Shown: positions 17,291 to 27,728, counted from the first letter of the stretch. The stretch is DNA of 39,138 nucleotides from a virus (IMGVR_UViG_2541047828_000002:1-39138); one strand, 5' to 3'. Translations and numbers: made by a program. The notes: generated from the letters alone by a model not told the origin.

Positions 17291-17641
17291 ATGCCTGCCT
17301 TAATCCCCAGAGCCTGCCGTGTTCGCGGCTGCCGCCATACCACAACTGACCCGTCAGGCTATTGCGAAAGCCACAAAAGCGAAGGCTGGAAGCAATACAA
17401 ACCTGGACAATCCCGTCATCAGCGCGGCTACGGTTCGAAGTGGGACAGTATCCGCGCGCGTGTCCTGAAGCGTGACAAAGGCCTGTGCCAGTTGTGCCTG
17501 CGTGCCGGTGTGGTGCGTGAGGCGAAAACCGTTGACCACATTATCCCTAAAGCGCATGGCGGCACTGATGCTGACTGCAATCTGCAGAGTTTGTGCTGGC
17601 CGTGTCATAAGGCGAAGACGGCCCGTGAACGGCTTAAGTGA
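17291..17641 (+). CDS. HNH endonuclease (terminase-associated)
   Basis: CxxC...HxxxH...N...CxxCH pattern: CRVRGC...CESH, then VDHIIPKAHGGTDADCNLQSLCWPCHKAKT. Sits immediately upstream of the terminase genes, as in HK97-like phages. Confidence 0.85.
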   Translation: MPALIPRACRVRGCRHTTTDPSGYCESHKSEGWKQYKPGQSRHQRGYGSKWDSIRARVLKRDKGLCQLCLRAGVVREAKTVDHIIPKAHGGTDADCNLQSLCWPCHKAKTARERLK

Positions 17642-17666
17642 TAATAATTCTCAACTGTTTGAGGGT

Positions 17667-17727
17667 AGGGGCGGGTCCAATCCCTGTGACCTGACGTCTT
17701 CCGGACTGCCCGCCCCATCGTTTTTTT
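17667..17727 (+). terminator. GC-rich hairpin plus T7 run between HNH and terminase genes (terminator and/or cos-region element)
   Basis: AGGGGCGGGTCC...GGACTGCCCGCCCC imperfect inverted repeat followed by TTTTTTT (17721-17727). Confidence 0.45.
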
Positions 17728-17766
17728 ATACCCGCGAAAAATGAAATTTAACCAGGAGTGCCGCAT

Positions 17767-18261
17767 ATGGCTGGAACGGCGGGGCGTTCCGGGCGTCGCC
17801 CCAAGCCAACGGCGCGCAAGGCGCTGGCCGGAAACCCCGGCAAGCGAGCCCTGAATAAAGATGAACCTGTTTTTACGCCCATCAAAGGTGTTGAGCCACC
17901 GGAGTGGTTCGCTGAAGAAGATCTCCCTCTCGCCACGATCATGTGGCAACTGACAACCAAAGAACTCTGCGGTCAGGGCCTGCTGTGCGTGACTGACCTC
18001 GCGGTGCTTGAGCGGTGGTGTGTGGCCTATGAGTTCTGGCGACGTGCCGTGAAAAATATTGCCAGACAGGGCAACACCATCACCGGCGCAATGGGCGGTA
18101 TGGTCAAAAATCCTGAGCTGACCGCCAAAAAAGAACAGGAGTCCGAGATGAGCAGTACGGGGGCAATGCTCGGACTCGACCCCAGCAGCCGCCAGCGTCT
18201 GATTGGCCTGGCGGGGCAGAAGAAAGCCACTAACCCGTTTCTGAAAATTATCGAATCATGA
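17767..18261 (+). CDS. terminase small subunit
   Basis: Positioned directly upstream of, and overlapping, the large terminase. Basic N-terminus [25 protein letters not shown] 8 nt upstream of ATG 17767; the ORF could also start at GTG 17758. Confidence 0.75.
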   Translation: MAGTAGRSGRRPKPTARKALAGNPGKRALNKDEPVFTPIKGVEPPEWFAEEDLPLATIMWQLTTKELCGQGLLCVTDLAVLERWCVAYEFWRRAVKNIARQGNTITGAMGGMVKNPELTAKKEQESEMSSTGAMLGLDPSSRQRLIGLAGQKKATNPFLKIIES

Positions 18262-19991
18262 GCCGGAAATCTTACCCCAACGTAAATGCTGCCAATCAGT
18301 ATGCCCGGGATGTCGTTCGCGGAAAGATTGTGGCCTGCCAGTTTGTGATTCAGGCCTGCCAGCGCCATCTTGATGACCTGATGGCGGAAAAAAGTAAGTC
18401 GTTTCGTTACCGCTTCGACAAGGACCTGGCTGAACGGGCCGCCAAATTTATTCAGCTGTTGCCGCATACCAAGGGTGAGTGGGCATTCAAACGGATGCCC
18501 ATCACGCTGGAGCCGTGGCAGCTCTTTGTGATCTGCTGTGCGTTTGGCTGGGTCAATAAAGGTACCCGGCTGCGCCGCTTCCGGGAGGTGTATACCGAAA
18601 TCCCCCGTAAGAACGGCAAATCGGCAATCTCTGCCGGTGTCGCCCTGTATTGTTTTGCCTGTGATAACGAGTTTGGCGCGGAAGTGTATTCTGGTGCCAC
18701 GACAGAGAAACAGGCGTGGGAAGTCTTTCGCCCGGCGCGACTGATGTGTAAACGCACACCCATGCTGACGGAAGCGTTCGGGATTGAGGTTAACGCCTCA
18801 AACATGAACCGTCCGGAGGATGGCGCGCGGTTTGAGCCGCTGATCGGTAACCCCGGTGATGGTTCATCACCCCACTGTGCGGTGGTGGATGAATATCACG
18901 AGCATGCCACCGATGCACTTTACACCACGATGCTTACCGGGATGGGGGCGCGACGTCAGCCACTGATGTGGGCCATCACCACCGCCGGGTACAACATTGA
19001 GGGGCCGTGCTACGACAAGCGGCGGGAAGTTCTCGAGATGCTCAACGGTTCGGTACCCAACGATGAACTGTTCGGGATCATCTATACCGTTGACGAAGGC
19101 GATGACTGGACCGACCCGCAGGTGCTGGAAAAAGCCAATCCAAATATTGGCGTGTCGGTTTATCGCGAATTTTTGTTAAGTCAGCAGCAGCGTGCGAAAA
19201 ATAACGCCCGTCTGGCAAACGTCTTTAAAACAAAACACCTCAATATCTGGGTGTCGGCGCGTTCGGCGTATTTCAACCTGGTGAGCTGGCAGAGCTGCGA
19301 GGATAAATCACTGACCCTTGAGCAGTTCGAGGGGCAGCCGTGCATTCTGGCCTTTGACCTGGCGCGTAAGCTGGATATGAACAGCATGGCGCGACTTTAT
19401 ACCCGCGAGATTGACGGTAAAACGCATTACTACAGTGTGGCCCCGCGTTTCTGGGTACCGTATGACACGGTGTACAGCGTCGAGAAAAATGAAGATCGAC
19501 GGACAGCCGAACGCTTTCAGAAATGGGTGGAAATGGGCGTTCTGACCGTTACCGATGGTGCGGAAGTGGATTATCGCTACATCCTCGAGGAGGCCAAAGC
19601 GGCGAACAAAATCAGCCCGGTCAGTGAGTCACCCATCGACCCCTTCGGGGCGACCGGGTTGTCACATGACCTTGCTGATGAAGACCTGAATCCCGTCACT
19701 ATCGTCCAGAACTTCACCAATATGTCCGACCCGATGAAAGAGCTGGAAGCGGCGATTGAATCGGGACGTTTTCATCATGACGGCAATCCCATCATGACCT
19801 GGTGTATCGGCAACGTGGTCGGCAAAACCATTCCGGGTAACGATGATGTGGTGAAGCCCGTCAAAGAGCAGGCGGAAAACAAAATCGATGGTGCAGTTGC
19901 GCTGATTATGGCGGTTGGCAGAGCCATGCTGTACGAGAAAGAAGACACGCTGTCTGACCACATTGAGTCCTATGGGATCCGCTCGCTTTAA
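18258..19991 (+). CDS. terminase large subunit
   Basis: 577-aa product with an ATPase-like N-terminal region and a nuclease-like C-terminal region (DEYHEH..., DPFGATGL). Followed by the portal gene. Confidence 0.9.
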   Translation: MSRKSYPNVNAANQYARDVVRGKIVACQFVIQACQRHLDDLMAEKSKSFRYRFDKDLAERAAKFIQLLPHTKGEWAFKRMPITLEPWQLFVICCAFGWVNKGTRLRRFREVYTEIPRKNGKSAISAGVALYCFACDNEFGAEVYSGATTEKQAWEVFRPARLMCKRTPMLTEAFGIEVNASNMNRPEDGARFEPLIGNPGDGSSPHCAVVDEYHEHATDALYTTMLTGMGARRQPLMWAITTAGYNIEGPCYDKRREVLEMLNGSVPNDELFGIIYTVDEGDDWTDPQVLEKANPNIGVSVYREFLLSQQQRAKNNARLANVFKTKHLNIWVSARSAYFNLVSWQSCEDKSLTLEQFEGQPCILAFDLARKLDMNSMARLYTREIDGKTHYYSVAPRFWVPYDTVYSVEKNEDRRTAERFQKWVEMGVLTVTDGAEVDYRYILEEAKAANKISPVSESPIDPFGATGLSHDLADEDLNPVTIVQNFTNMSDPMKELEAAIESGRFHHDGNPIMTWCIGNVVGKTIPGNDDVVKPVKEQAENKIDGAVALIMAVGRAMLYEKEDTLSDHIESYGIRSL

Positions 19992-20002
19992 CTGAGGTAA
20001 TT

Positions 20003-20185
20003 ATGATCATGCTGATTCTCGCGCCTCTGGTGGGCGTGCTGGGGGCGCTTTTGCTGGCGTATGGTGCCTGGCTGATTTATCCCCCGGCGGGGTTTGTTGT
20101 TGCCGGGGCGTTGTGCCTGTTCTGGTCGTGGCTGGTGGCGCGATATCTCGACCGTACACAGTCGTCTGCCGGCGGAGGTAAATAG
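20003..20185 (+). CDS. small two-helix membrane protein (60 aa)
   Basis: RBS GAGGT. Exactly fills the terminase-portal gap and its stop overlaps the portal GTG start. Hydrophobic. Confidence 0.4.
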   Translation: MIMLILAPLVGVLGALLLAYGAWLIYPPAGFVVAGALCLFWSWLVARYLDRTQSSAGGGK

Positions 20186-21426
20186 TGTTCTTTTCGGGAT
20201 TATTTCAACGAAAAAGTGACGCACCGGTGACCACGCCAGCAGAGCTGGCGGATGCTATCGGGTTGTCCTACGACACCTATACCGGAAAGCAGATCAGCAG
20301 CCAGCGGGCCATGCGACTGACGGCGGTTTTTTCCTGTGTCAGGGTGCTGGCGGAGTCGGTCGGGATGTTGCCCTGCAACCTGTATCACCTGAACGGCAGC
20401 CTGAAGCAGAGAGCCACTGGCGAACGTCTGCATAAGCTGATCTCCACGCATCCCAATGGCTATATGACGCCGCAGGAGTTCTGGGAGCTGGTGGTCACCT
20501 GTCTGTGCCTGCGGGGAAACTTTTACGCCTACAAAGTGAAAGCATTTGGCGAAGTGGCTGAACTGCTGCCCGTCGATCCCGGCTGTGTGGTACCGAAGCT
20601 TAACAGTAGCTGGGAGCCGGTCTATCAGGTCACATTCCCGGATGGCTCCACAGATGTACTGAGCCAAGAGGATATCTGGCATGTGCGCACGCTGACGCTG
20701 GACGGACTGGTGGGGCTGAATCCCATCGCCTATGCCCGCGAGGCAATATCGCTGGCGGCAGCGACCGAAGAGCACGGGGCCAGACTGTTCAGCAATGGCG
20801 CGGTGACGTCGGGTGTGTTGCGTACAGAGCAGACGCTGTCAGATCAGGCTTATGAGCGCCTGAAGAAAGATTTTGAGGAGCGTCACACCGGGCTTGGCAA
20901 TGCTCACCGCCCGATGATCCTTGAGATGGGGCTGGACTGGAAGTCGATGGCGCTGAACGCCGAGGACAGCCAGTTCCTGGAAACCCGCAGGTTTCAGCTT
21001 GAAGAAATCTGTCGTCTGTTCCGGGTGCCGTTGCACATGGTGCAGAACACCGATCGCGCCACCTTCAACAATATCGAAGAGCTGGGGCTGGGATTTATCA
21101 ACTATTCACTGGTGCCGTATCTGACCCGCATCGAACAGCGGATCAACACCGGACTGGTACGAAAAAGTAAGCAGGGCGTTTATTACGCCAAATTTAACGC
21201 CGGGGCGTTACTGCGCGGGGATATGAAGTCCCGTTTTGAAGCCTACGCCACCGGGATCAACTGGGGAATTTACTCTCCCAATGACTGCCGCGACCTGGAA
21301 GATATGAATCCGCGTCCCGGTGGTGATGTCTATCTCACACCGATGAACATGACCACGAAACCCTCCGATGGCAGTAAAGCCGGTAAGCAGAAGGATAACG
21401 CCAATGCAGACGAAACAACGTCTTGA
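20185..21426 (+). CDS. portal protein (HK97-family)
   Basis: 413-aa product. GTG start with RBS GGAGGT. Gene order terminase-portal-protease-capsid. Confidence 0.88.
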   Translation: MFFSGLFQRKSDAPVTTPAELADAIGLSYDTYTGKQISSQRAMRLTAVFSCVRVLAESVGMLPCNLYHLNGSLKQRATGERLHKLISTHPNGYMTPQEFWELVVTCLCLRGNFYAYKVKAFGEVAELLPVDPGCVVPKLNSSWEPVYQVTFPDGSTDVLSQEDIWHVRTLTLDGLVGLNPIAYAREAISLAAATEEHGARLFSNGAVTSGVLRTEQTLSDQAYERLKKDFEERHTGLGNAHRPMILEMGLDWKSMALNAEDSQFLETRRFQLEEICRLFRVPLHMVQNTDRATFNNIEELGLGFINYSLVPYLTRIEQRINTGLVRKSKQGVYYAKFNAGALLRGDMKSRFEAYATGINWGIYSPNDCRDLEDMNPRPGGDVYLTPMNMTTKPSDGSKAGKQKDNANADETTS

Positions 21427-22054
21427 TGTACCGCTGAGTCTGAAATCTGTCAGTGACTCCGGTGAGTTTGAAGGGTATGGCTCTGTCTTTGGTGTAAAGG
21501 ACAGCCACGATGATGTGGTGATGTCCGGGGCATTTGCTGCTTCCCTGCGGGCGTGGAGTGACAGAAAAGCGTTACCTGCACTGCTCTGGCAGCACCGTAT
21601 GGATGAGCCCATCGGTGTTTACACCGAAATGAAGGAAGACGATGTCGGGCTTTACGTCAGGGGGCGGTTGCTCATTGATGATGATCCCCTGGCAAAACGC
21701 GCACATGCACACATGAAGGCCGGTTCGCTAACCGGCCTTTCTATTGGGTACGTCCTGAAGGACTGGGAATACGACCGGACGAAAGAAGCCTTTCTGCTGA
21801 AAGAAATCGACCTCTGGGAAGTCAGTCTGGTGACGTTTCCGTCTAACGACGAGGCGCGGATCAGCGACGTCAAGAACGCGCTGGCCCGCGGGGAAATCCC
21901 CGAACAGAAAAAAATCGAAAGAGTCCTGCGTGATGTCGGACTCTCCCGTACCCAGGCCAAAGCATTCATGGCCGGGGGCTATGGCGCACTGTCCCTGCGC
22001 GACGCTGAGGATGTGGGCTCTGCACTGAATGCACTGAAAAATCTGAACTTCTAA
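21404..22054 (+). CDS. prohead maturation protease
   Basis: Internal Met start (MQTKQRLDV...) overlapping the portal 3' end. GYGSVFGVKDSHDDVVMSGAF resembles the HK97-type prohead protease N-terminal region. Confidence 0.82.
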   Translation: MQTKQRLDVPLSLKSVSDSGEFEGYGSVFGVKDSHDDVVMSGAFAASLRAWSDRKALPALLWQHRMDEPIGVYTEMKEDDVGLYVRGRLLIDDDPLAKRAHAHMKAGSLTGLSIGYVLKDWEYDRTKEAFLLKEIDLWEVSLVTFPSNDEARISDVKNALARGEIPEQKKIERVLRDVGLSRTQAKAFMAGGYGALSLRDAEDVGSALNALKNLNF

Positions 22055-22068
22055 TCAGGAGAAATACG

Positions 22069-23274
22069 ATGGCGGTTGATATTAAAGATGTCGAACAGGT
22101 CGCGCAGGAGCTGCAGCAGAAGTTTGACGACTTCAAAGCAAAGAACGACAAGCGCGTGGATGCGATTGAGCAGGAAAAAGGCAAGCTTGCCGGGCAGGTG
22201 GAAACCCTGAACGGGAAACTCAGCGAGCTGGAAAATCTCAAAAGCGACCTTGAAAAAGAGCTGCTTGAGCTGAAACGTCCGGCAGGTGGTGCGCAAAATA
22301 AACTGGCCACCGAGCATAAAGAAGCGTTTGTGGGCTTCCTGCGTAAAGGCCGTGAAGACGGTCTGCGCGATCTGGAGCGTAAGGCATTGCAGGTGGGCAC
22401 CGATGAAGACGGTGGCTACGCCGTGCCGGAAGCGCTGGATCGCAACATTCTCAACCTGCTGAAAGATGAAGTGGTGATGCGTCAGGAAGCCACGGTGATC
22501 ACCGTTGGCGGTTCCGACTACAAAAAACTGGTGAATCTGGGCGGCACGGCTTCCGGATGGGTGGGGGAAACGGATACGCGATCCCAGACTGCCACCTCCA
22601 GACTGGAGCTGATTGAACCTCTCATGGGGGAAATCTACGGCAACCCGCAGGCTACCCAGAAAATGCTGGACGATGCCTTCTTCAACGTGGAAGCATGGAT
22701 CAACAGCGAGCTGGCAACCGAATTTGCCGAACAGGAAGAAATTGCCTTTACCACCGGCGATGGTACCAAGAAGCCGAAAGGGTTCCTGGCGTATGAATCC
22801 ACGGATGAAACCGATAAGGTCCGGGCGTTCGGCAAACTTCAGCATATTGTATCCGGCGACGCGACTGCGGTGACTGCTGATGCCATTATCAAACTGATTT
22901 ACACGCTGCGAAAGGCTCACCGCACCGGCGCGAAGTTCATGATGAACAACAACAGCCTGTTTGCCATCCGTTTGCTGAAAGACACCGAGGGTAACTATCT
23001 GTGGCGTCCGGGGCTGGAACTGGGGCAGCCGTCCTCTCTGGCGGGTTACGGTATCGCTGAAAACGAACAGATGCCGGATATCGCCGCTGATGCGAAAGCC
23101 ATTGCATTTGGTAACTTCAAACGGGGTTACACCATCGTTGACCGTATCGGCACCCGCATTCTGCGTGACCCGTACACCAATAAACCGTTTGTCGGTTTTT
23201 ATACCACCAAGCGCACTGGCGGGATGCTGGTCGATTCGCAGGCCATCAAACTGCTGAAGATTGCAGCGGCGTAA
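22069..23274 (+). CDS. major capsid protein (HK97 fold) with N-terminal coiled-coil delta domain
   Basis: 401-aa product. N-terminal heptad-rich region (KFDDFKAKNDKRVDAIEQEKGKLAGQVETLNGKLSELENLKSDLEKELLELK). Follows the protease. Confidence 0.9.
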   Translation: MAVDIKDVEQVAQELQQKFDDFKAKNDKRVDAIEQEKGKLAGQVETLNGKLSELENLKSDLEKELLELKRPAGGAQNKLATEHKEAFVGFLRKGREDGLRDLERKALQVGTDEDGGYAVPEALDRNILNLLKDEVVMRQEATVITVGGSDYKKLVNLGGTASGWVGETDTRSQTATSRLELIEPLMGEIYGNPQATQKMLDDAFFNVEAWINSELATEFAEQEEIAFTTGDGTKKPKGFLAYESTDETDKVRAFGKLQHIVSGDATAVTADAIIKLIYTLRKAHRTGAKFMMNNNSLFAIRLLKDTEGNYLWRPGLELGQPSSLAGYGIAENEQMPDIAADAKAIAFGNFKRGYTIVDRIGTRILRDPYTNKPFVGFYTTKRTGGMLVDSQAIKLLKIAAA

Positions 23275-23281
23275 TCATTCA

Positions 23282-23301
23282 GGGGCGCGGAACCGCGCCC
23301 C
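23282..23301 (+). terminator. GC hairpin immediately after the major capsid gene
   Basis: GGGGCGCGG-AA-CCGCGCCCC stem 8 nt past the capsid stop. No T-run, so likely a stabiliser or partial terminator. Confidence 0.45.
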
Positions 23302-23323
23302 CTGTTCTGACGGATGAAGAATC

Positions 23324-23524
23324 ATGATCCTGAAACAAGATCTGAAATGGTCACCGGACGGTATGCGTGTTGAGGTCATTCGGGCCGGTGAGTATGACGA
23401 CGGGGCGCTGCCTGCCCGGGTGCAGGAGATTGCACTTCAGGCCGGGTTAGCAGAGCGCGGAACCAGTGCAAAAAGCAGTAAAGCGGCAAAAGAGAAAAAA
23501 GCCACGACCAGTAAAGAGGGCTGA
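23324..23524 (+). CDS. small hypothetical head-module protein (66 aa)
   Basis: ATG-initiated ORF between the capsid and connector genes with a Lys/Ser-rich C-terminus. No family recognised. Confidence 0.4.
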   Translation: MILKQDLKWSPDGMRVEVIRAGEYDDGALPARVQEIALQAGLAERGTSAKSSKAAKEKKATTSKEG

Positions 23525-23526
23525 GT

Positions 23527-23850
23527 ATGCTTCTGACAATGGAAGAGATTAAAGCCCAACTCCGGCTGGATGAGGATTTCGATACTGATGACCGTCATCT
23601 GCAACTGCTGGCCTGTGCGGCGCAAAAGCGGACGGAAACGTATCTGAACCGGAAGCTCTATGCACCGGATGAAAACATTCCGGACAGCGATCCGGACGGA
23701 CTACACCTGCCGGATGATATTCGTCTGGGGATGCTGATGCTTATCAGCCATTTTTACGAAAACCGCTCGTCGGTTACGGAAGTGGAGAAACTCGACATGC
23801 CGCAGAGTTTTGGCTGGCTTGTCAGCCCGTACAGGTACTTTCCGCAATGA
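23527..23850 (+). CDS. head-tail connector (gp6-like DNA packaging/connector protein)
   Basis: 107-aa protein in the canonical position after the capsid gene. MEEIKAQLRLDEDFDTDDRHLQLL is a typical N-terminus of this family. Confidence 0.65.
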   Translation: MLLTMEEIKAQLRLDEDFDTDDRHLQLLACAAQKRTETYLNRKLYAPDENIPDSDPDGLHLPDDIRLGMLMLISHFYENRSSVTEVEKLDMPQSFGWLVSPYRYFPQ

Positions 23851-24257
23851 AAATTCGTCAGGCGCAGACCAGCGCAACCTACATCCTGCCGGACCCCGGC
23901 GAACTGAATAAACGCGTCCTGATCCGCCAGCGGGTGGATATGCCCGCGGATAACTTTGGCGTGGAGCCTCAATACCCGGTTGCGTTCCGGGCATGGGCGA
24001 AGGTTATCCAGACCAGTGCCACCACCTGGCAGGAAACCGCGCAGACCGGAGACGCCATCACCCATTACATCACCATTCGCTACCGCCGGGGGATCACTGC
24101 TGATTATGAGGTGGTCTGTGGTGACAGTGTGTACCGCGTGAAACGTCAGCGTGATCTGAACGGAGCGCGGCGCTTTCTGCTGCTGGAGTGTACGGAGCTG
24201 GGCGAATTTACGCAGAGTCACGGAGGCAACAATGGCGACTTCCTTTTTGCACGTTGA
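23847..24257 (+). CDS. head-tail joining / head closure protein
   Basis: Position and size; overlapping starts typical of a morphogenesis operon. Confidence 0.6.
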   Translation: MKIRQAQTSATYILPDPGELNKRVLIRQRVDMPADNFGVEPQYPVAFRAWAKVIQTSATTWQETAQTGDAITHYITIRYRRGITADYEVVCGDSVYRVKRQRDLNGARRFLLLECTELGEFTQSHGGNNGDFLFAR

Positions 24258-24738
24258 TTTTCAGCAGCCCGCGGAGATGCGCTTTAACCGCGCCCGTGTC
24301 CGGCGGGCGTTTGTCACGATTGGTCAGCGTCATATGCGTGATGCCCGTCGGCTGGTGATGCGCCGTGCGCGGTCGGCACCGGGTGAAAACCCCGGTTATC
24401 AGACCGGACGCCTGGCTCGTTCGATTGGTTACATGGTACCCAGAGCCAGTAAACATCGCCCTGGTTTTATGGCACGTATAGCCCCTAACCAGCGTAATGG
24501 AGAGGGAAACCGCCGTATCACCGGTGATTTTTATCCGGCTTTTTTGTTCTATGGCGTGAGGCGAGGGGCAAAGCGTCGTCGCAGCCATCATCGTGGTGCA
24601 TCCGGTGGCAGCGGCTGGCGACTGGCTCCACGTAATAACTTCATGGTGGAAACTCTTGAAAAGAACCGCAGCTGGACACGCTATTTTCTGGCGCGGGAAT
24701 TGCGTAAATCACTGAAGCCGGAGCGACGACACAGATGA
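24232..24738 (+). CDS. HK97 gp10-like neck/tail component
   Basis: Position and basic composition; remembered family features only. Confidence 0.55.
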   Translation: MATSFLHVDFQQPAEMRFNRARVRRAFVTIGQRHMRDARRLVMRRARSAPGENPGYQTGRLARSIGYMVPRASKHRPGFMARIAPNQRNGEGNRRITGDFYPAFLFYGVRRGAKRRRSHHRGASGGSGWRLAPRNNFMVETLEKNRSWTRYFLARELRKSLKPERRHR

Positions 24739-25295
24739 AACTGACGCCTGTTATTGCTGCACTGCGTGCCCGCTGTCCGTATTTTGAAAACCGGGTTGCA
24801 GGCGCGGCCCAGTTCAAAAATCTGCCGGAGGTCGGAAAGCTGAAACTCCCGGCGGCATATGTTGTACCGGGTGATGATTCTCCGGGAGAAAACAAAAGCC
24901 AGACCGACTACTGGCAGGAGCTGAAAGAGGGTTTCTCCGTGGTTGTCATACTGAGTAACGGGCGTGATGAGCGCGGTCAGTTTGCCTCGTATGATGTGGT
25001 GGACGATGTCCGGCAGATGCTCTTTAAGGCTCTGCTGGGCTGGAACCCGGAGGCGTGCGGTAACCCGATTACCTATGACGGCGGCACGCTGCTGGATCTG
25101 AATCGTCATGAGCTGATTTATCAGTTCGATTTTTCGGTCATCAGCGAGCTGACTGAAGACGATACCCGCCAGCAGGATGATCTGAACAGTCTGGATGAAC
25201 TGCAAACGCTGGCGATTGATGTTGATTATCTCGAGCCCGGTAACGGGCCTGACGGCGATATCGAACATCACACCGAAATAACCCTTCCTTCCTGA
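24735..25295 (+). CDS. tail-associated protein (possible tail terminator/completion protein)
   Basis: Position upstream of the sheath gene. No specific motif recognised. Confidence 0.5.
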   Translation: MKLTPVIAALRARCPYFENRVAGAAQFKNLPEVGKLKLPAAYVVPGDDSPGENKSQTDYWQELKEGFSVVVILSNGRDERGQFASYDVVDDVRQMLFKALLGWNPEACGNPITYDGGTLLDLNRHELIYQFDFSVISELTEDDTRQQDDLNSLDELQTLAIDVDYLEPGNGPDGDIEHHTEITLPS

Positions 25296-25303
25296 GGATC
25301 CTC

Positions 25304-25474
25304 ATGTTTGTCAAACCTGTTAAAGGGCGGTCAGTTCCTGACCCTGCCCGCGGCGACCTTTTGCCCGCCGAAGGGCGAAATGTTGACGAGAACAACTACT
25401 GGCTGCGCCGTGAAGCAGCGGGTGATATCCGGCGCGTGAATAAAAAGGTGAATACCGATGACGATAAGCTTTAA
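25304..25474 (+). CDS. small ORF (56 aa) preceding the sheath gene
   Basis: ATG with GAGGA RBS. Below the 60-aa ORF-track cutoff. Overlaps the sheath start by 17 nt. Uncertain. Confidence 0.3.
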   Translation: MFVKPVKGRSVPDPARGDLLPAEGRNVDENNYWLRREAAGDIRRVNKKVNTDDDKL

Positions 25475-26954
25475 CACCATTCCGTCGAATACGCTGGTTC
25501 CGTTGTTTTATGCGGAAATGGATAACCAGGCGGCGAATACTGCACAGGACAGCGGAGCATCGCTGCTGATTGGTCATGCCAATAACGGTGCAGAGATTGT
25601 TGCCAACAGTCTGGTACTGATGCCGTCGGCAGACTATGCACGCCAGATTTGTGGTGCGGGAAGTCAGCTGGCGCGTATGGTCGAGGCTTATCGCCAGACT
25701 GACCCGTTTGGCGAGCTGTATGTGATTGCCGTTCCTGAATCCACAGGCGCGGCGGCAACGGTTACGCTGACGGTGACCGGGGCGGCAACCGAAACCGGCA
25801 CGGTGAATGTGTATGTGGGACGTACCCGCGTGCAGGCACCGGTGACTAACGGCGATAACGTCACGATGATTGCCAGCAGTATCCAGGATGCCATCAATGC
25901 CGTTCCGACCCTGCCGTTTACGGCTTCATCTTCGGCAGGCGTGGTCACACTGGCCGCGCGTCATAAGGGGCTTTGCGGGAATGAAATTCCTGTCAGCCTC
26001 AATTACTACGGCTTTGGTGGGGGCGAAGTGCTGCCAGCGGGCGTACAGATTGCCGTGGCGACGGGTACCGCCGGAACGGGTGCTCCGGTTCTCACCGGCG
26101 CGGTAGCTGCAATGGCGGATGAGCCGTTTGATTATATCGGCCTGCCGTTCAACGACACGGCCTCCGTTAACACGCTGGTGACCGAGATGAACGATACCAG
26201 CGGTCGCTGGAGCTATGCGCGTCAGCTGTATGGTCATGTGTATACGGCAAAGATCGGCACGCTGTCAGAACTGGTGACCGCAGGTGACCAGTTTAACCAG
26301 CAGCACATTACCCTGGCGGGGTACGAAAAAGACACCCAGACGCCTGCCGACGAGTTGGCGGCAAGCCGTACCGCCCGCGCAGCGGTGTTTATCCGCAACG
26401 ATCCGGCACGTCCCACGCAGACCGGTGAGCTGGTGGGTATGCTGCCTGCGCCGAAGGGGAAACGGTTCACGATGACCGAACAACAGACCCTGCTGTCTCA
26501 TGGCGTGGCAACGGCGTATGTCGAAAGCGGGGTACTGCGCATTCAGCGTGATGTCACCACGTACAGGAAAAACGCTTACGGGGTTGCGGATAACAGCTAC
26601 CTCGACAGCGAGACGCTGCATACCAGCGCGTATGTACTGCGCAAACTGAAATCCGTCATTATCAGTAAGTACGGGCGTCACAAGCTTGCCAGTGACGGTA
26701 CCCGCTTTGGTCCCGGTCAGGCGATTGTCACCCCGGCGGTGATCAAAGGGGAACTGCTGGCAACCTACCGTCAGCTCGAGCGTGCGGGGATCGTGGAAAA
26801 CTACGAACTGTTCAAGCAGTACCTGGTTGTGGAGCGTGATGCCAGCGATCCGAACCGCCTGAACACGCTGTTCCCGCCTGACTATGTTAACCAGTTGCGT
26901 GTCTTTGCCGTGGTTAACCAGTTCCGTCTTCAGTATTCAGAGGAGTCTGCATAA
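25458..26954 (+). CDS. contractile tail sheath protein (Mu gpL-like)
   Basis: 498-aa product immediately followed by a 118-aa tube gene; Mu-like order sheath, tube, chaperone, tape measure. Confidence 0.85.
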   Translation: MTISFNTIPSNTLVPLFYAEMDNQAANTAQDSGASLLIGHANNGAEIVANSLVLMPSADYARQICGAGSQLARMVEAYRQTDPFGELYVIAVPESTGAAATVTLTVTGAATETGTVNVYVGRTRVQAPVTNGDNVTMIASSIQDAINAVPTLPFTASSSAGVVTLAARHKGLCGNEIPVSLNYYGFGGGEVLPAGVQIAVATGTAGTGAPVLTGAVAAMADEPFDYIGLPFNDTASVNTLVTEMNDTSGRWSYARQLYGHVYTAKIGTLSELVTAGDQFNQQHITLAGYEKDTQTPADELAASRTARAAVFIRNDPARPTQTGELVGMLPAPKGKRFTMTEQQTLLSHGVATAYVESGVLRIQRDVTTYRKNAYGVADNSYLDSETLHTSAYVLRKLKSVIISKYGRHKLASDGTRFGPGQAIVTPAVIKGELLATYRQLERAGIVENYELFKQYLVVERDASDPNRLNTLFPPDYVNQLRVFAVVNQFRLQYSEESA

Positions 26955-27310
26955 TGGCTCGTATCGGGGGAACCTGTTATTTCAAAATTGACGGTCAGCA
27001 GCTATCGCTGACCGGTGGCATTGAGGTGCCCATGAACAGGACGGTCAATGATGACATCATCGGCCTGGACGGTTCAGTGGACCGCAAGGAAACTCACCGT
27101 GCGCCTTATGTCAAAGGGACCTTCAAGGTGCCGAAGAATTTTCCGGTGGGCAAAATCACCTCGTCTGATGAGATGACAATCACTGCCGAGCTGGCGAACG
27201 GTCAGGTCTATGTACTGTCGTCTGCCTGGCTGCACGGCGAAGCGAACCATAATGCCGAAGAAGGCACGGTTGATCTTGAGTTCCACGGTGAAGAAGGGGA
27301 TTACCAGTAA
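26954..27310 (+). CDS. tail tube protein (Mu gpM-like)
   Basis: 118-aa product; ATG overlaps the sheath stop. Confidence 0.8.
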   Translation: MARIGGTCYFKIDGQQLSLTGGIEVPMNRTVNDDIIGLDGSVDRKETHRAPYVKGTFKVPKNFPVGKITSSDEMTITAELANGQVYVLSSAWLHGEANHNAEEGTVDLEFHGEEGDYQ

Positions 27311-27579
27311 TGAAAGAGCTTGAGTTAAAGAAACCGATTACTGCTCATGGCGAGACACTCTCCGTACTGGAGTTTGATGAGCCCACCGGGAAGGATGTCC
27401 GCGAGCTGGGGTATCCCTACCAGATGAATCAGGATGAGTCCGTCAGACTTCTGGCGCATGTGGTGTCGAAATACATTGTGCGGCTGGCGAAAGTGCCGCA
27501 AAGCTCTGTCGACCAGATGTCTCCGGCAGACCTGAATGCAGCGGCGTGGCTTGTGGCCGGTTTTTTCCTCCAGGCCTGA
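27310..27579 (+). CDS. tail assembly chaperone (short form)
   Basis: 89-aa ORF directly upstream of the tape measure gene, ending just after a U UUU UUC slippery site. Confidence 0.65.
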   Translation: MKELELKKPITAHGETLSVLEFDEPTGKDVRELGYPYQMNQDESVRLLAHVVSKYIVRLAKVPQSSVDQMSPADLNAAAWLVAGFFLQA

Positions 27580-27728
27580 CGGCTGAATACCTCACTGATC
27601 GCTTCTTTGACTGCGCCAGCTACTGGCGCATTAATCCTTTCGAATTGCTGAATATGCCGATCAGTGAAATTCCCTTACTGGTCAGTCAGGCAAACAGGAT
27701 AGAGCAGGAGAAACGCACACATGGCTGA
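27310..27728 (+). CDS. tail assembly chaperone, predicted -1 frameshift fusion product
   Basis: Slippery heptamer T TTT TTC at 27561-27567. The -1 frame (ORF 27546..27728) continues to overlap the tape measure start. Confidence 0.5.

Noticed and set aside
22051-22920. 289-aa minus-strand ORF antisense to the major capsid gene
   Set aside because: Entirely inside and antisense to a confidently identified capsid gene; the product looks like GC-rich antisense noise and has no RBS or start context.
24681-25271. 196-aa minus-strand ORF within the tail gene region
   Set aside because: Antisense to a tightly packed plus-strand morphogenesis operon; typical long antisense ORF in GC-rich coding DNA.
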